Source: Candidatus Marinacidobacterales bacterium
Lineage (GTDB): Bacteria; Acidobacteriota; Vicinamibacteria; Marinacidobacterales; SMYC01
Reading direction: 5' to 3'
Length of the DNA stretch: 64,000 bases
Assembly (NCBI GenBank): GCA_965237955.1
Contig: OZ250169.1
Span: forward strand, 6,304,001-6,368,000
Positions 11,083-21,921 of the stretch are shown here, piece after piece. Position 1 is the first letter of the stretch. Every line of letters begins with the position of its first letter. The position numbers were made by a program, and so were the translations under genes. The notes beneath the pieces are model-generated. The model saw nothing but the letters and a program-made list of their open reading frames with translations, did not search any database and was not told where the DNA came from.

Positions 11083-13260
11083 ATGGAAGGCGGATCGAAG
11101 CCTCGAATGGAGCCCCCTTTTCAGTCTGCTCAATCTGTTCGGCCCGTTCAGGCTGAACAGTCCGTCCAGGCGGAAACGGACGTAGCGGACCGCTACCACG
11201 GCCTCAACCGCGACGACTTGCTCGGTGCGTACCGCACCATGCTCCTATCGCGCCGAGTCGACGACCGCGAGATTCAGCTCAAGCGACAGAACAAAGTTTT
11301 TTTTCAAATCAACGGTGCCGGTCACGAAGCCGTGCTCGTGGCGACGGCGATGCAGCTTTCGCCCGGCCATGACTGGTTCTTTCCGCACTATCGCGATCGC
11401 GCGTTCACACTCGTTACTGGAATGACTGCGTTCGAGCAGTTCATGGCATCCGCCGCCGCCGCCTCCGACCCCGCTTCGGGTGGACGCCAAATGCCGTCCC
11501 ATTGGGGAAACAAGAAACTGAATATCGTCAGCCGATCGAGCTGCGTCGGAACACATTTCCTCCACGCCGTCGGAGCGGCCATTGCAGGCGAGTACTCGAA
11601 ATCCCCGGCCGGCGCGCCCGAGGATCGCGCGATCGTGTACGTTTCCGGCGGCGACGGCTCGACGAGTGAAGGCGAATTCTGGGAATCGCTCAACAACGCG
11701 TGCCTCCAGAAGGTCCCGGTACTTTTTCTCATCGAGGACAACAGCTACGCCATTTCCGTTCCTATCGAGCATCAAACGGCTGGCGCCAACATTTCGCGGC
11801 TCATCCGCAGTTTCCCGAGTTTGTTCGTGACCGAGTTCGACGGCTGCAACTTCATCGACAGCTACGGTCGCATCAAAGACGCCATCGCCTACCTGCGAGC
11901 CGGCAGAGGTCCCGTCCTCGCGCACGCGCATGTCATTCGTCCCTACTCTCACTCACTCTCGGACGATGAGCGCCTCTACAAGACGACGAAGGAACGCGAG
12001 GAAGAAGCCAAGCGCGACCCTATCGTTCGGATGAAACAGTTCCTACTTGCCGAAGGCCTCGCGACGGAAACCGAGCTCGAGAGCTACGAGAAACCCGTGC
12101 ACGACGAGGTCGCGGAAGCCGCCGATCAGGCGCTCACGATGGAGGCGCCCGACAAGAACAGCTGGAACATCCACCTCTACAGCGAGGCCGTCGACCCGAC
12201 GTCGGCCAAGTTCGCGACCGAGCCCACTCTGTCCGGAAAAGACGGCACGATGGTCGACCTCCTGAACGCGTGCTTGCGCGACGAGATGGCGCGCAACCCG
12301 GACGTTCTCGTGTTCGGTCAGGATGTCGCGGACGCGAGCCGCGAGGAGAATCTCACCGAAGTCAAAGGCAAAGGCGGTGTATTCAAAGTAACGTTTGGCC
12401 TGCAACGCGAGTTCGGGAGCAAGCGGGTGTGGAACAGCCCGCTCGCCGAAGCGAGCATCGTTGGCATGGCCACAGGCGCTGCCGTGCGCGGGCTCAAGCC
12501 CGTCGTCGAGATCCAGTTCTTCGACTACATCTGGCCCGCGTTCATGCAGCTTCGAAACGAAGTCGCGACCCTTCGCTGGCGCTCGGCGGGCGCGTTCAGC
12601 TGTCCCTTGGTAGTGCGCGTGCCTATCGGCGGTTATCTGACTGGCGGCTCCATATTCCACAGCCAATCGGGTGAAGTGCTGTTCACCCATATCCCTGGTC
12701 TGCGCGTGGTCATGCCGTCGACGGCTCTCGACGCGAACGGTCTTCTGAGAACGGCGATTCGCAGCGATGACCCGGTGATTTTTCTCGAGCACAAGCATCT
12801 GTATCGGCAGACGTACAACAAGAGCCCCTACCCCGGTCCGGACTACATGATTCCTTTCGGCAAGGCACGCACCGATCGCGAAGGCGACGACCTCAGCATC
12901 ATTACTTACGGCGCGCTGGTACGGCGTTCCCGGCTCGCCGCGCAGAAAGCCGCCGCCGAGGGAATCTCCGTGGAGATCATCGACTTGCGATCGCTTTCGC
13001 CCTACGATTGGGACGCGATTCAAGAGACGGTCAAGAAAACCAGCCGCGTTATCGTCGCCTACGAGGACACTCGCACCTTCGGCTACGGCGCAGAGATCGC
13101 CGCGCGCATTTCTGAAGAACTGTTCGAGGAGCTCGATGCTCCCGTGCGCCGGGTCGCCGCCAAGGACTGCTGGGTCCCGTACAACCCGAGCATGGAAGAC
13201 ACGATTCTGCCGCAAGCCGAAGACCTGCTGGAGGCAATACGGGACCTCGCAGGTTATTAG
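11083..13260 (+). CDS. 2-oxoacid (probably 2-oxoisovalerate) dehydrogenase E1, fused alpha+beta
   Basis: TPP motif [43 protein letters not shown]; transketolase C-terminal domain. Confidence 0.92.
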   Translation: MEGGSKPRMEPPFQSAQSVRPVQAEQSVQAETDVADRYHGLNRDDLLGAYRTMLLSRRVDDREIQLKRQNKVFFQINGAGHEAVLVATAMQLSPGHDWFFPHYRDRAFTLVTGMTAFEQFMASAAAASDPASGGRQMPSHWGNKKLNIVSRSSCVGTHFLHAVGAAIAGEYSKSPAGAPEDRAIVYVSGGDGSTSEGEFWESLNNACLQKVPVLFLIEDNSYAISVPIEHQTAGANISRLIRSFPSLFVTEFDGCNFIDSYGRIKDAIAYLRAGRGPVLAHAHVIRPYSHSLSDDERLYKTTKEREEEAKRDPIVRMKQFLLAEGLATETELESYEKPVHDEVAEAADQALTMEAPDKNSWNIHLYSEAVDPTSAKFATEPTLSGKDGTMVDLLNACLRDEMARNPDVLVFGQDVADASREENLTEVKGKGGVFKVTFGLQREFGSKRVWNSPLAEASIVGMATGAAVRGLKPVVEIQFFDYIWPAFMQLRNEVATLRWRSAGAFSCPLVVRVPIGGYLTGGSIFHSQSGEVLFTHIPGLRVVMPSTALDANGLLRTAIRSDDPVIFLEHKHLYRQTYNKSPYPGPDYMIPFGKARTDREGDDLSIITYGALVRRSRLAAQKAAAEGISVEIIDLRSLSPYDWDAIQETVKKTSRVIVAYEDTRTFGYGAEIAARISEELFEELDAPVRRVAAKDCWVPYNPSMEDTILPQAEDLLEAIRDLAGY

Positions 13261-13300
13261 CCAGTCATGAGCACAGACGTCCACTCAACTCCCTAGAAAA

Positions 13301-14455
13301 ATGCCGGCGCTGACGATCTTGTCGGAAGACGAAGAGCTCTTCCGCGGGATGGTCCGCGAGTTCGCCGAGAACGAAATCGGCCCCCTGGTCTCGAAAATGG
13401 ATCGGGAGATGCAGATCGAGCCGGCGCTTCTGAAAAAATTCTTCGAGCTCGGCTTGATGGGCATCGAGATTCCGGAAGCTCACGGTGGCTCGGCAGCGAG
13501 CTTTTTCATGGCCGCGCTTGCCGTCGAAGAAGTTTCACGCGTCGACGCGTCGCTCGGAGTTTGCATCGACGTCCAGAACACGCTAGTCAACAACGCCTTC
13601 ATGCGCTGGGCAACGGAAGAACAGAAAAAGCGCTACTTGCCTCGGCTCGCGGTCGACACCGTCGGGGCCTACGCACTTTCCGAGCCCGATTCCGGGAGCG
13701 ACGCGTTCGCGCTCGCGTGCCGCGCGACTAAGGACGACGACGGCGACGGGTACCGGCTCACGGGAACCAAGCTCTGGATTACCAACGGCGCTGAAGCGGG
13801 CCTGTTCATCGTCTTCGCCACCGTGGATCCGGACGCGGGCTACAAAGGCATTACCGCGTTTGTCGTCGAGCGCGACTTCGAAGGTTTCACCGTCGGGAAA
13901 AAAGAAGACAAGCTCGGCATCCGCGCATCGAGCACCAACGAGCTCATTCTCGAAGATTGCGTGGTGCCGAAAGCGAACGTGCTCGGCGAGATCGGCAAAG
14001 GCTACAAGATCGCCATCGAAACCTTGAACGAGGGCCGCATCGGTATCGGCGCACAGATGGTGGGCATTGCCACCGGGGCGCTCGAGCACGCGATGAGCTA
14101 CACCAAAGACCGCACTGCCTTCGGCAAACCGATCGCGGAGTTCCAGGGCGTTCAGTTCCAGCTCGCTCAATGCGCCACCGAGCTCGAGGCGGCACGTCTA
14201 CTCGTCTACAACGCTTCCAGGCTGCGCGACGCGCACAAGCCGTTTCTGGTCGAGGCGGCGATGGCCAAGCTCTTTTCTTCGCAAGTTGCCGAACGGGTAA
14301 CCTCACAAGCGATCGAGCACTACGGTGGTTATGGCTACACCAAGGACTTCCCGGTCGAGAAGTATTGGCGCGATGCCAAGATCGGCGCGATTTACGAAGG
14401 GACGTCCAACTTGCAACTGCAAACGATCGCGAAGTACTTGCTGAAAAATCGGTAG
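13301..14455 (+). CDS. Acyl-CoA dehydrogenase (short/branched-chain type)
   Basis: ALSEPDSGSDA, KLWITNG, KLGIRASST, GRIGIGAQ, GGYGY, IYEGTSN. Confidence 0.93.
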   Translation: MPALTILSEDEELFRGMVREFAENEIGPLVSKMDREMQIEPALLKKFFELGLMGIEIPEAHGGSAASFFMAALAVEEVSRVDASLGVCIDVQNTLVNNAFMRWATEEQKKRYLPRLAVDTVGAYALSEPDSGSDAFALACRATKDDDGDGYRLTGTKLWITNGAEAGLFIVFATVDPDAGYKGITAFVVERDFEGFTVGKKEDKLGIRASSTNELILEDCVVPKANVLGEIGKGYKIAIETLNEGRIGIGAQMVGIATGALEHAMSYTKDRTAFGKPIAEFQGVQFQLAQCATELEAARLLVYNASRLRDAHKPFLVEAAMAKLFSSQVAERVTSQAIEHYGGYGYTKDFPVEKYWRDAKIGAIYEGTSNLQLQTIAKYLLKNR

Positions 14456-14456
14456 C

Positions 14457-14480
14457 GCCATCGGCCGTCGGCCATCAGCT
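14457..14480. repeat. Heptamer (GCCRTCR)x3 intergenic repeat
   Basis: GCCATCG GCCGTCG GCCATCA directly after the ACAD stop. Confidence 0.6.
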
Positions 14481-14523
14481 AGCTGCGGTAGACTCTTCCT
14501 CGTTGTCCACAGGGAGGGGCGCC

Positions 14524-15945
14524 TTGAAAAGCTTTCACATGACGACGGACGAGTTCCGCCGCGCGGGCCACGAGCTCGTGGATTGGATTGCAGATTACCG
14601 AGCGCGCATCGAGGAGTTCCCGGTGCTCTCTCGAGCGAGGCCCGGGGACCTTCGGAGAGCACTCCCTCAGAGCCCGCCGGAGGCCGGTGAGACTTTTGAA
14701 ACGATACTCGCCGATCTTGACCGGTTGATACTCCCCGGCATCACCCACTGGCAATCACCGAGCTTCTTCGCCTATTTTCCGGCGAACGCGTCGCCTCCCG
14801 CCATTCTCGGCGATTTGCTCTCGGCCGGGCTAGGCGTGCAAGGGATGATCTGGGCGACGAGCCCCGCGTGCACCGAGCTCGAGACACACGTCCTCGACTG
14901 GCTCGTCGAAATGCTCGGGCTTCCCGATTTCTTCAAGTCCTCTTCTGGCGGCGGCGGCGTCATCCAGGATTCGGCGTCGAGCGGAGCTCTGTGCGCACTC
15001 CTCGTGGCTCGAGAACGCGCCACCGAGTTCGAGACCAATCGCCACGGCATCCGTTCCCGGCTCGCCGCCTACACCTCCACCCAAACGCATTCGTCAGTGA
15101 CCAAGGCCGTCAAGATCGCCGGTATCGGCGAAGACAACCTCCGGCTCATCGAGGTCGACGAAAACTTCGCGATGAATCCGGCGGCGCTCGAGAAGAGGGT
15201 TCACGAAGATCGGGCGTCTGGTCTAACACCGATTTTTGTGTGCGCAACCGTTGGCACCACCTCGTCGACCGCCGTCGATCCGATTCCGCGGATCGGCGAA
15301 ATCTGCCGCGATGAGAACCTGTGGCTCCATGTCGATGCCGCCATGGCCGGTACCGCAACGTTATGTCCGGAGCTCCGCTATCTCAACGCGGGGCTCGAGC
15401 ACGCCGACAGCTATGCTTTCAACCCCCACAAATGGATGTTCACGAGCTTCGACTGCAGCTGTCTCTACGTGAAGAGCTCGAAGGCGCTCATCGACACTCT
15501 GAGCATCCTGCCGGAGTACCTGCGCAACCAAGCTACGGAATCAGGAGCCGTCATCGATTACCGTGATTGGCAGATTCCGCTCGGTCGCCGATTTCGCGCG
15601 CTCAAGCTCTGGTTCGTTATCCGCCACTACGGGGTCGAAGGTTTACGCCACCACATCCGCCGCCACATCGAGCTCACGCGCCAGTTCGCGTCTTGGGTGA
15701 AAGCGGACGAGCGCTTCGAGCTCGCGGCCCCTGTCCCGCTCAATCTCGTGTGCTTTCGCCATCGCGGCGGCGACGACGTTAGCGAAAAGCTCATGAACCA
15801 ATTGAACGAGAGCGGCAAGATATATTTGACTCACACCAAGCTCGACGGGCGCTTCGTCCTTCGCATGGCTATCGGGCAAACCGAGACGGAAGAGGAGCAC
15901 GTCGAGCGAGCGTGGGATTTGATTCGCGAGCTTGCGCCCGCGTGA
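14524..15945 (+). CDS. Aromatic-L-amino-acid decarboxylase (group II PLP, DDC-like)
   Basis: PGITHWQSPSFFAYFP, SPACTELE, HSSV, HVDAA, PLP lysine NPHKW, DWQIPLGRRFRALKLW. Start is TTG 14524 (SD GGAGG) or ATG 14539. Confidence 0.92.
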   Translation: MKSFHMTTDEFRRAGHELVDWIADYRARIEEFPVLSRARPGDLRRALPQSPPEAGETFETILADLDRLILPGITHWQSPSFFAYFPANASPPAILGDLLSAGLGVQGMIWATSPACTELETHVLDWLVEMLGLPDFFKSSSGGGGVIQDSASSGALCALLVARERATEFETNRHGIRSRLAAYTSTQTHSSVTKAVKIAGIGEDNLRLIEVDENFAMNPAALEKRVHEDRASGLTPIFVCATVGTTSSTAVDPIPRIGEICRDENLWLHVDAAMAGTATLCPELRYLNAGLEHADSYAFNPHKWMFTSFDCSCLYVKSSKALIDTLSILPEYLRNQATESGAVIDYRDWQIPLGRRFRALKLWFVIRHYGVEGLRHHIRRHIELTRQFASWVKADERFELAAPVPLNLVCFRHRGGDDVSEKLMNQLNESGKIYLTHTKLDGRFVLRMAIGQTETEEEHVERAWDLIRELAPA

Positions 15946-15960
15946 TAAAAGAGCAAGAAC

Positions 15961-16162
15961 TCAACGCAAAGACGCCAAGGCGCAGAATCGCAAAGACCAT
16001 ATCCCACTTTGCGTCTTGGCGTCCTAGTCCCCTGTATCAGAACAAACTAGATAAAGCAGAGCTTGCCGGAACCCTTCTAAGTGCATGAATCTTATGAATA
16101 TTATGGGCTGGCGAAAAGCCTAACTTTGTATAGCGATCCAGGGGACTAGCGCCTTTGCGTTT
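15961..16162. repeat. REP-like palindrome (CGCAAAGACGCCAAG.. / ..CTTTGCGTCTTGGCG) interrupted by a MITE
   Basis: Same family as 23764-23848; the right arm is split at CTAG. Confidence 0.7.
16024..16149. mobile_element. MITE (~120 bp, non-autonomous; CTAG/TA target)
   Basis: Terminal IR CTAGTCCCCTGTATC (16024-16038) / GATCCAGGGGACTAG (16135-16149); AT-rich interior; removing it restores the REP arm. Confidence 0.72.
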
Positions 16163-16169
16163 TTCTTTT

Positions 16170-17843
16170 CTAGGTGGCCAATGCCCTCGCGCGCTTTGCG
16201 ACTGCCATCGCGGAGAACGCTTCGAGCATCACGTACACAGCCGCGACGATGACGAACATATCCAGAACCAGTAAGAAGTAGTTCCCGGTCGTGTAGAGGC
16301 TCCACAGCTGATAGAGCGCCGAGAAAAAAGACATCGTCGTCACGAACACCATCGGCACCAACGTGTAACGACTCGGGCGACCGAGTTTCACCAGCATGAC
16401 GCTGATGACCAACAACGTCAGGCCCGCGAGCAGCTGGTTGGTCGTCCCGAAGAGCGGCCAAAGAACCATCCCTCCGGTTCCATCGGCGCCACCCGCACCG
16501 AACGCGAGCGCGAGGCATGCCCCGACGGCGACGAAAGTCGCGACGTATCCGTTTTGCATCGGTCGGATCCCGTAGATGACACCCCATTCCTGAATGATAT
16601 AGCGCTGAAGGCGAACTCCAGCGTCCATCGTCGTACCGGCAAACAGGACCGCCATCACCGTCAACAGCGTAGACGCGAACTCAGTGCTTATGCCGAAACC
16701 GGAGGCCATGATCGTGGCGCCCCCTTGCACGAACGCACCGAGGCCGCCGTGACCGAACTCCTCGTATGTACCTCTCCACTCCTCGAAAGAAGCGAACCCC
16801 GCCGTGGTCGCCACGATCACGACGAGAGCGAGAGCGCCCTCGCCCAAAGAGCCCAGATAGCCGACGAACCGTGCATCGGTCTCTTTGTCGAGCTGCTTGG
16901 AGGTCGTTCCCGACGAAACCAGGCCATGGAAGCCCGAGACCGCGCCACAGGCAATGGTCACGAACAGAAGCGGCACAAGAGGCGGTGCCGCCGCCGGCAT
17001 GTCGAGATTGATCGCCGGAACCACCACCGTCGGGCCGGCAATGAATACCGCGCCGTACAGGAGGACAAGGCCGACGGCGAGTTGGATGCCGTTGATGAAG
17101 TCTCTCGGTTGGAGCAACAGCCACACCGGCAGCAGCGAAGCAATCGCCGCATAGAGGAAGAGGATGAGGATCCATTGCGGGCCGGGACCAAAGCCGAGTA
17201 CCGACGCGGGTAGCTCGACCGGAAACGCTTCTCCGAGATAAATCACCGCGTAGAGCACGATGGTGCCGACGACCGTCGGCCACAGGATCCGAGCTTTGAC
17301 TCTATAGATCAAGACGCCGATGACAAAGGCGACGCCGATCGCGCTCCACGCGGGAATCACGCTGCTCGGGGTTTTCTGAAACGCCGCCGAGATCACGACC
17401 GCGAAAACGGCATTCACCATGAGCAGCAGAAGGAAAATGACCACCATGAACAGATTCCGTGCGCGGTGCCCGACGACATCTCCGGTGAGGGCCCCCACCG
17501 ACTTGGCTTTGTTGCGAACGCTTGCCCAAATCGCGCCAAAGTCGTGCACGCCCGCAAAGAAAACCGTGCCGATAACGACCCAGAGAAACGCGGGAAGCCA
17601 TCCCCAAATCACCGCGATTGCCGGGCCGACGATGGGAGCGGCGCCCGCGACCGCGGTGAAATGATGCCCCCAAAGCACGATCCGGTTCGTCGGCAGGTAG
17701 TCGACATCGTCGCGCATCGCGTGAGCGGGCGTCTCGAAATCCGGATCGAGTTGGTAGATGCGTTGCGCTACGAACTTCGAGTAGAAGCGGTAACCGACAA
17801 AAAGGCACAAAAGCCCGGATGCAGCTAGGAAAACTCCGCTCAT
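16170..17843 (-). CDS. cstA: Carbon starvation protein A (peptide/pyruvate transporter)
   Basis: TPAH..DDVDY, GHHFTAVAGAAPIVGP, LPVWLLLQPRD, IACGAVSGFH, WPLFGTTNQLLA. Confidence 0.93.
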   Translation of the reverse strand: MSGVFLAASGLLCLFVGYRFYSKFVAQRIYQLDPDFETPAHAMRDDVDYLPTNRIVLWGHHFTAVAGAAPIVGPAIAVIWGWLPAFLWVVIGTVFFAGVHDFGAIWASVRNKAKSVGALTGDVVGHRARNLFMVVIFLLLLMVNAVFAVVISAAFQKTPSSVIPAWSAIGVAFVIGVLIYRVKARILWPTVVGTIVLYAVIYLGEAFPVELPASVLGFGPGPQWILILFLYAAIASLLPVWLLLQPRDFINGIQLAVGLVLLYGAVFIAGPTVVVPAINLDMPAAAPPLVPLLFVTIACGAVSGFHGLVSSGTTSKQLDKETDARFVGYLGSLGEGALALVVIVATTAGFASFEEWRGTYEEFGHGGLGAFVQGGATIMASGFGISTEFASTLLTVMAVLFAGTTMDAGVRLQRYIIQEWGVIYGIRPMQNGYVATFVAVGACLALAFGAGGADGTGGMVLWPLFGTTNQLLAGLTLLVISVMLVKLGRPSRYTLVPMVFVTTMSFFSALYQLWSLYTTGNYFLLVLDMFVIVAAVYVMLEAFSAMAVAKRARALAT

Positions 17844-17985
17844 TGGAGAACGACTCGATTCTTCACTTCGGTTTTTCCGTGAAACTGCCTTCTCAAAGGC
17901 GAAATCGACGCTAGAGGCAAGCTGCCGGTACAAACGTTCGCGAACTGACGGAGCATTGCCAGATCAGGGCGCGGGGCTCACAATA

Positions 17986-18321
17986 TCAGACGACCGCCTT
18001 CCACGCGCCATCCGCATTGCGCCGCCACACGGTGACGTAGAGACCGGTCTCGACGGCCTTGTTCCCGTCGGTGTCGGATGTTGCGCGCGTGTAGGTGCCG
18101 TAGGTGTAGCCGAGATCGCCTGACGCTTCGGCAAACTCCGGCTCCCAGGTCAGCGAGTAATCAGGACTATCGAGAACAGCGTCGACCCAACCGGAAGTGC
18201 CTCGCTCAGCGGTCTCCGCTTGGAAACGTCGGTCGGCTGTCACGAGCTCTTCAGGATCAACCACCGTTGTCCTGCACGCGAGCGAGATCAGGAGCAGTAG
18301 AAAAGTCGCGAGTCCCGTCAT
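17986..18321 (-). pseudogene. DUF4440/NTF2-like exported protein, apparently internally deleted and C-terminally clipped
   Basis: LTWEP..SGDLGYTYG..YVTVWRR..GAWK are present, but the segment usually found between 'GW' and 'SLTWEP' is missing; lipobox-like SLAC. Confidence 0.5.
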
Positions 18322-18872
18322 ATCGTTTCCTGGTATTGAAACCACCACAAAAACGCGGCTACCACGAGAGCATGCGCGATTTTCCCGTCATGGAGAAGAC
18401 CCGGCACATCTCGGCGAGGATAGCGGACCACTTCGATGTCTTCGGTATCATCGGGTCGCGGCTCGCCCGCGAGTGTTGCATTCTTCGCCAGAAAACTGAA
18501 ACACCGGTTCTCCTGGAGCGCGGGATTCGGGTGCACGACACCAAGCTCGACGAGCTCGTCCGACGCATAGCCGGTCTCTTCCCGCATCTCCCTCGCGGCA
18601 GCGACCATGGGCGACGCGTCGTCGGGGTCGATCATGCCACCCGGCACCTCGAGACTGACGCCGTCGATGCCGTGGCGGTAGTGTTCGATGAAGACGACCT
18701 CGTCGTCTTTCGTCAATGGGATGACGTTGACCCAGTCGACGGACTCGATGACGTTGAAGTCGTGTGAGGAATCGGGGTAAGCCGGGCGCTGCTTCCGATC
18801 ACGACGAAGCGACAGCACCGGTGTCTCGAACACGATGTCGCGACCAGACGTGGTCCAGAACTTCTTGGTCAA
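18318..18872 (-). CDS. NUDIX hydrolase (ADP-ribose pyrophosphatase-like)
   Basis: Nudix box GGMIDPDDASPMVAAAREMREETG; PNP motif. Confidence 0.9.
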   Translation of the reverse strand: MTKKFWTTSGRDIVFETPVLSLRRDRKQRPAYPDSSHDFNVIESVDWVNVIPLTKDDEVVFIEHYRHGIDGVSLEVPGGMIDPDDASPMVAAAREMREETGYASDELVELGVVHPNPALQENRCFSFLAKNATLAGEPRPDDTEDIEVVRYPRRDVPGLLHDGKIAHALVVAAFLWWFQYQETI

Positions 18873-21817
18873 GACTCCAGACGGGAGCGAGCGTCATCGA
18901 CCATCTCCACCTCCCAGTCGGCGTCGCTCCACATGCCGAGAAATCTCTCAAGCAGACGGCGCCCTTGCACGCGAGAGCCGCTTTCAAGCTCGTGCACGCC
19001 GAGCTGGTACAAGGTACGCGCGTAAATAACCGGATGATCCAAGCGCTCGGCGCCGCTCGCTAGCAAATCCTCCATCGCCTGTGAGGCTCGCTCGTCATCG
19101 CCGAGGGCGACGTAGCTGCGCACCAAACCGTCGCGAATGGCTGCGCCCGCGCTAGAGCACGTCGACGACCAGTCGAGCATGAGTGGGCGCGACACCAGCG
19201 CTTCGAAAATATCGCGCCCCGCGACCCGATCGCGGCCCCGGTAGAGCGCCATCTCGCCCGTCAGCGCATCGAGATACATCTGTGCCGAAGCGCTCGTCGC
19301 CGCCGCGGGGAGATTCTCGATCGTGCTCAAGTAACGTTTGGCTGCTTCGGTGTCGTCGTCGAACAATGCCATCCGGCCGGCGAAGTAGAGACCGCGCCAG
19401 CTATCCGGCTGGATCGAAAGCGCCTTCTCGATTTCCGTGCGTGCGGCTCCGATCTCGCCATCGAGGTACAAGAGCTCGGCCGCCGCGTGGAGCGCGCTCG
19501 CGGGCACTCCGCCGCTCCCCCCTTCGTGGGTGCGAAAACCACTCGCCAGCCCCGCCTGCCGGTAGAAATCGAGGGCTTGGTCGAACTCTCCGACGTACGT
19601 GTGAAAGACCGCCCGGTTGCGGAGCGCCCACGCACGCAGGTGATCGGAGCGCCACTCATCGGGGTCCTGTTCCGTAAATCGCCGCGCCACATCCCAGCGG
19701 GACGCCATCATCGCCGCCGCCGCTTGAAAGAGCGGACCTTCGATCCACGAGAACGCTTGCCCGAACCCAAGCGCCTCTTCGGGCTGTCCCTCCAACGTGG
19801 CGAGAATCGAACGCAGACCCTCGACCTTCGCGGGGTGCACAACGTCCCACTCCGCCATCCGAGCCCGCGCGGCGTCGGCATCGCCACTGAATGCGTAGCT
19901 AAGCGCGAGCCGATCGTAAATTTGATGAAAGGATGGGTCGAGAGACAGAAGATGCTCCATGTGCTCGATCGCAAGCGCGGTGTCTCCGTCTCGAAGCGAG
20001 TGCACGTAGATTTGGCTCAGAATGTAGAGCACTTCTTTTTGATCCGGGTCGCGCTCGAGCGTCCTCTCGAGCAACGGGATCGCTCGAGAAAACGCGCCGT
20101 CTTGATACAAGGCGTTGGCTTCGATGACGTCGCGAAGATGAGACGGTGCCCGATCGAGCGACGCCGCCGCCCGCCGAGCCGCTTGATGAGCCAAAGCTCC
20201 ATCGGAAAGCCAACGCGCCGCCACGCTCAACCGGTGGTGCGCGAGAGAGAACTCCGGATCGAGCCGGACCGCTTCGGTGAACTCCTCCACCGCGGAGTCG
20301 AGCTCCGACGCATGGAGGAACATCTCACCTTCGACGTAGTGCCGATAGGCATCGACGGAAAATGTCGCCGGGGTGCTTGCCCAATCCGTTACTGGTGTCG
20401 ACGTCAACTGCACGCGCAGTTGCTCGCCGAGCGAGTCCGCGAGCACGAAGATGTCGTCAGCGCTCGAGCCACTCGCTTGTTGTGACGACATCGACCGCCC
20501 GGTGACGACGTCCACGAGCTCGGTCGTCGCCATCAACCGTCCGCCCGCCTCGGCTACACGCCCGACGATCATCGTGCGGATACCGGCGGCTTCGGCGACA
20601 GCGGTCGCGATGGAGCGATCGACTTCGGCATTCTCGAGGCCGAGCCCGCGTGCGATGTCGTGAAGTCGTTGGTGGCTCATGACGTCCACCTCGCCCAGTG
20701 ACGACAACTCACTCGTGAGAAGCTGAGTGAGCATACGGGCGGTTTGTCCTTCGTCGGTGGGATCGGACAAGTTCTCGAAGTACATCACCGCCACGGCATC
20801 GTCATCGAGACCGGGCGTGTCGCGCGGGTTCACGAGAAACAATGCCAATGCGGCCACCAAAGCGAGACCGGCCGTCGCCATCACCCCTCGTCTCGCCCGC
20901 TTGGTGCGCATCCGATGGGTTGCGGATTCCGGACCCGCCGTGTCTTTGCGAGTTTTCTCAAGCTCAGTGCTCTGCTCGAGCCTCTCAAGATCGCCGCGCA
21001 GGGCGTGCATGCTCTGGTAGCGCTCGCCCATTGGCTTTCTCAACGCCTTGTCGACCACATCGGCTAGTCGAGGAGAAACGTCGGGACGTTGCGCGTCGAC
21101 GCGCGCCGGCTCTTCGTGCAAAAGGTGATCGAGCAGTTGCGTGGCGGTCGCTCCCGCGAACGGCCGCTCCCCTACGAGCATCTCGTACAGGAGGCAGCCG
21201 AAGGCAAAAACGTCGCTTCGAGCATCCACGGTCTGACCGAGCGCCTGCTCCGGCGCCATGTACGCGATCGTGCCGACAACCATACCGGCTTGCGTAAGCC
21301 GCACCATGGTTTCGCTCTCGGGCCCGACGGCGCCGAGCGCACCCGGCATTGTTTTCGCGAGACCGAAGTCCAGAATTTTTGGAACCCCGAGCTCGGAAAC
21401 GACCACGTTCGCCGGTTTCAGATCCCTGTGAACGATTCCGTGATCGTGGGCGTACGCGAGCGCACCTGACAGTGCGAGCGCTATGTCGACGACGCGCTCG
21501 GGTGCGAGACGCACGTCGCGATCGAGAATGGACTCGAGCGTCTCCCCTTCGACGAGCTCGAACGCGATGAAGTGAACACCGTCGGCTTCGCCGATCTCGT
21601 GGATCGTCGTGATGTTGGGATGATTGAGCGCCGAGCACGACCGCGCTTCAGCGACGAACCGCTCGCGATGCTCGGGCTTTTGCGCGAGGTCGGGAGAGAG
21701 CACCTTGAGGGCGACGTCGCGCGCTAGTCGCGGGTCGTGGGCCACGTACACGGAGCCCATCCCGCCACGCCCTAGCAAACGTTTCAGTTGGTATACGCCC
21801 AGGGTTTCTGTTTTCAT
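18869..21817 (-). CDS. Hanks-type Ser/Thr kinase with TM, TolB-like and TPR domains
   Basis: LGRGGMG, VALK, HRDLKPAN, DFGLAK, GTIAYMAPEQ, then TM, VAVMYFENLS and TPR repeats. ATG 21817 has an SD. Confidence 0.92.
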   Translation of the reverse strand: MKTETLGVYQLKRLLGRGGMGSVYVAHDPRLARDVALKVLSPDLAQKPEHRERFVAEARSCSALNHPNITTIHEIGEADGVHFIAFELVEGETLESILDRDVRLAPERVVDIALALSGALAYAHDHGIVHRDLKPANVVVSELGVPKILDFGLAKTMPGALGAVGPESETMVRLTQAGMVVGTIAYMAPEQALGQTVDARSDVFAFGCLLYEMLVGERPFAGATATQLLDHLLHEEPARVDAQRPDVSPRLADVVDKALRKPMGERYQSMHALRGDLERLEQSTELEKTRKDTAGPESATHRMRTKRARRGVMATAGLALVAALALFLVNPRDTPGLDDDAVAVMYFENLSDPTDEGQTARMLTQLLTSELSSLGEVDVMSHQRLHDIARGLGLENAEVDRSIATAVAEAAGIRTMIVGRVAEAGGRLMATTELVDVVTGRSMSSQQASGSSADDIFVLADSLGEQLRVQLTSTPVTDWASTPATFSVDAYRHYVEGEMFLHASELDSAVEEFTEAVRLDPEFSLAHHRLSVAARWLSDGALAHQAARRAAASLDRAPSHLRDVIEANALYQDGAFSRAIPLLERTLERDPDQKEVLYILSQIYVHSLRDGDTALAIEHMEHLLSLDPSFHQIYDRLALSYAFSGDADAARARMAEWDVVHPAKVEGLRSILATLEGQPEEALGFGQAFSWIEGPLFQAAAAMMASRWDVARRFTEQDPDEWRSDHLRAWALRNRAVFHTYVGEFDQALDFYRQAGLASGFRTHEGGSGGVPASALHAAAELLYLDGEIGAARTEIEKALSIQPDSWRGLYFAGRMALFDDDTEAAKRYLSTIENLPAAATSASAQMYLDALTGEMALYRGRDRVAGRDIFEALVSRPLMLDWSSTCSSAGAAIRDGLVRSYVALGDDERASQAMEDLLASGAERLDHPVIYARTLYQLGVHELESGSRVQGRRLLERFLGMWSDADWEVEMVDDARSRLES

Positions 21818-21921
21818 TACCCCTCCGTCACGCGCGAAACGGATTCGTCGTGACCGCACCTCTCCTTGGTTACTAATCATATCATCGGAATGCAAAAGTC
21901 CAGTCGCTGTAGAATTCGCCT

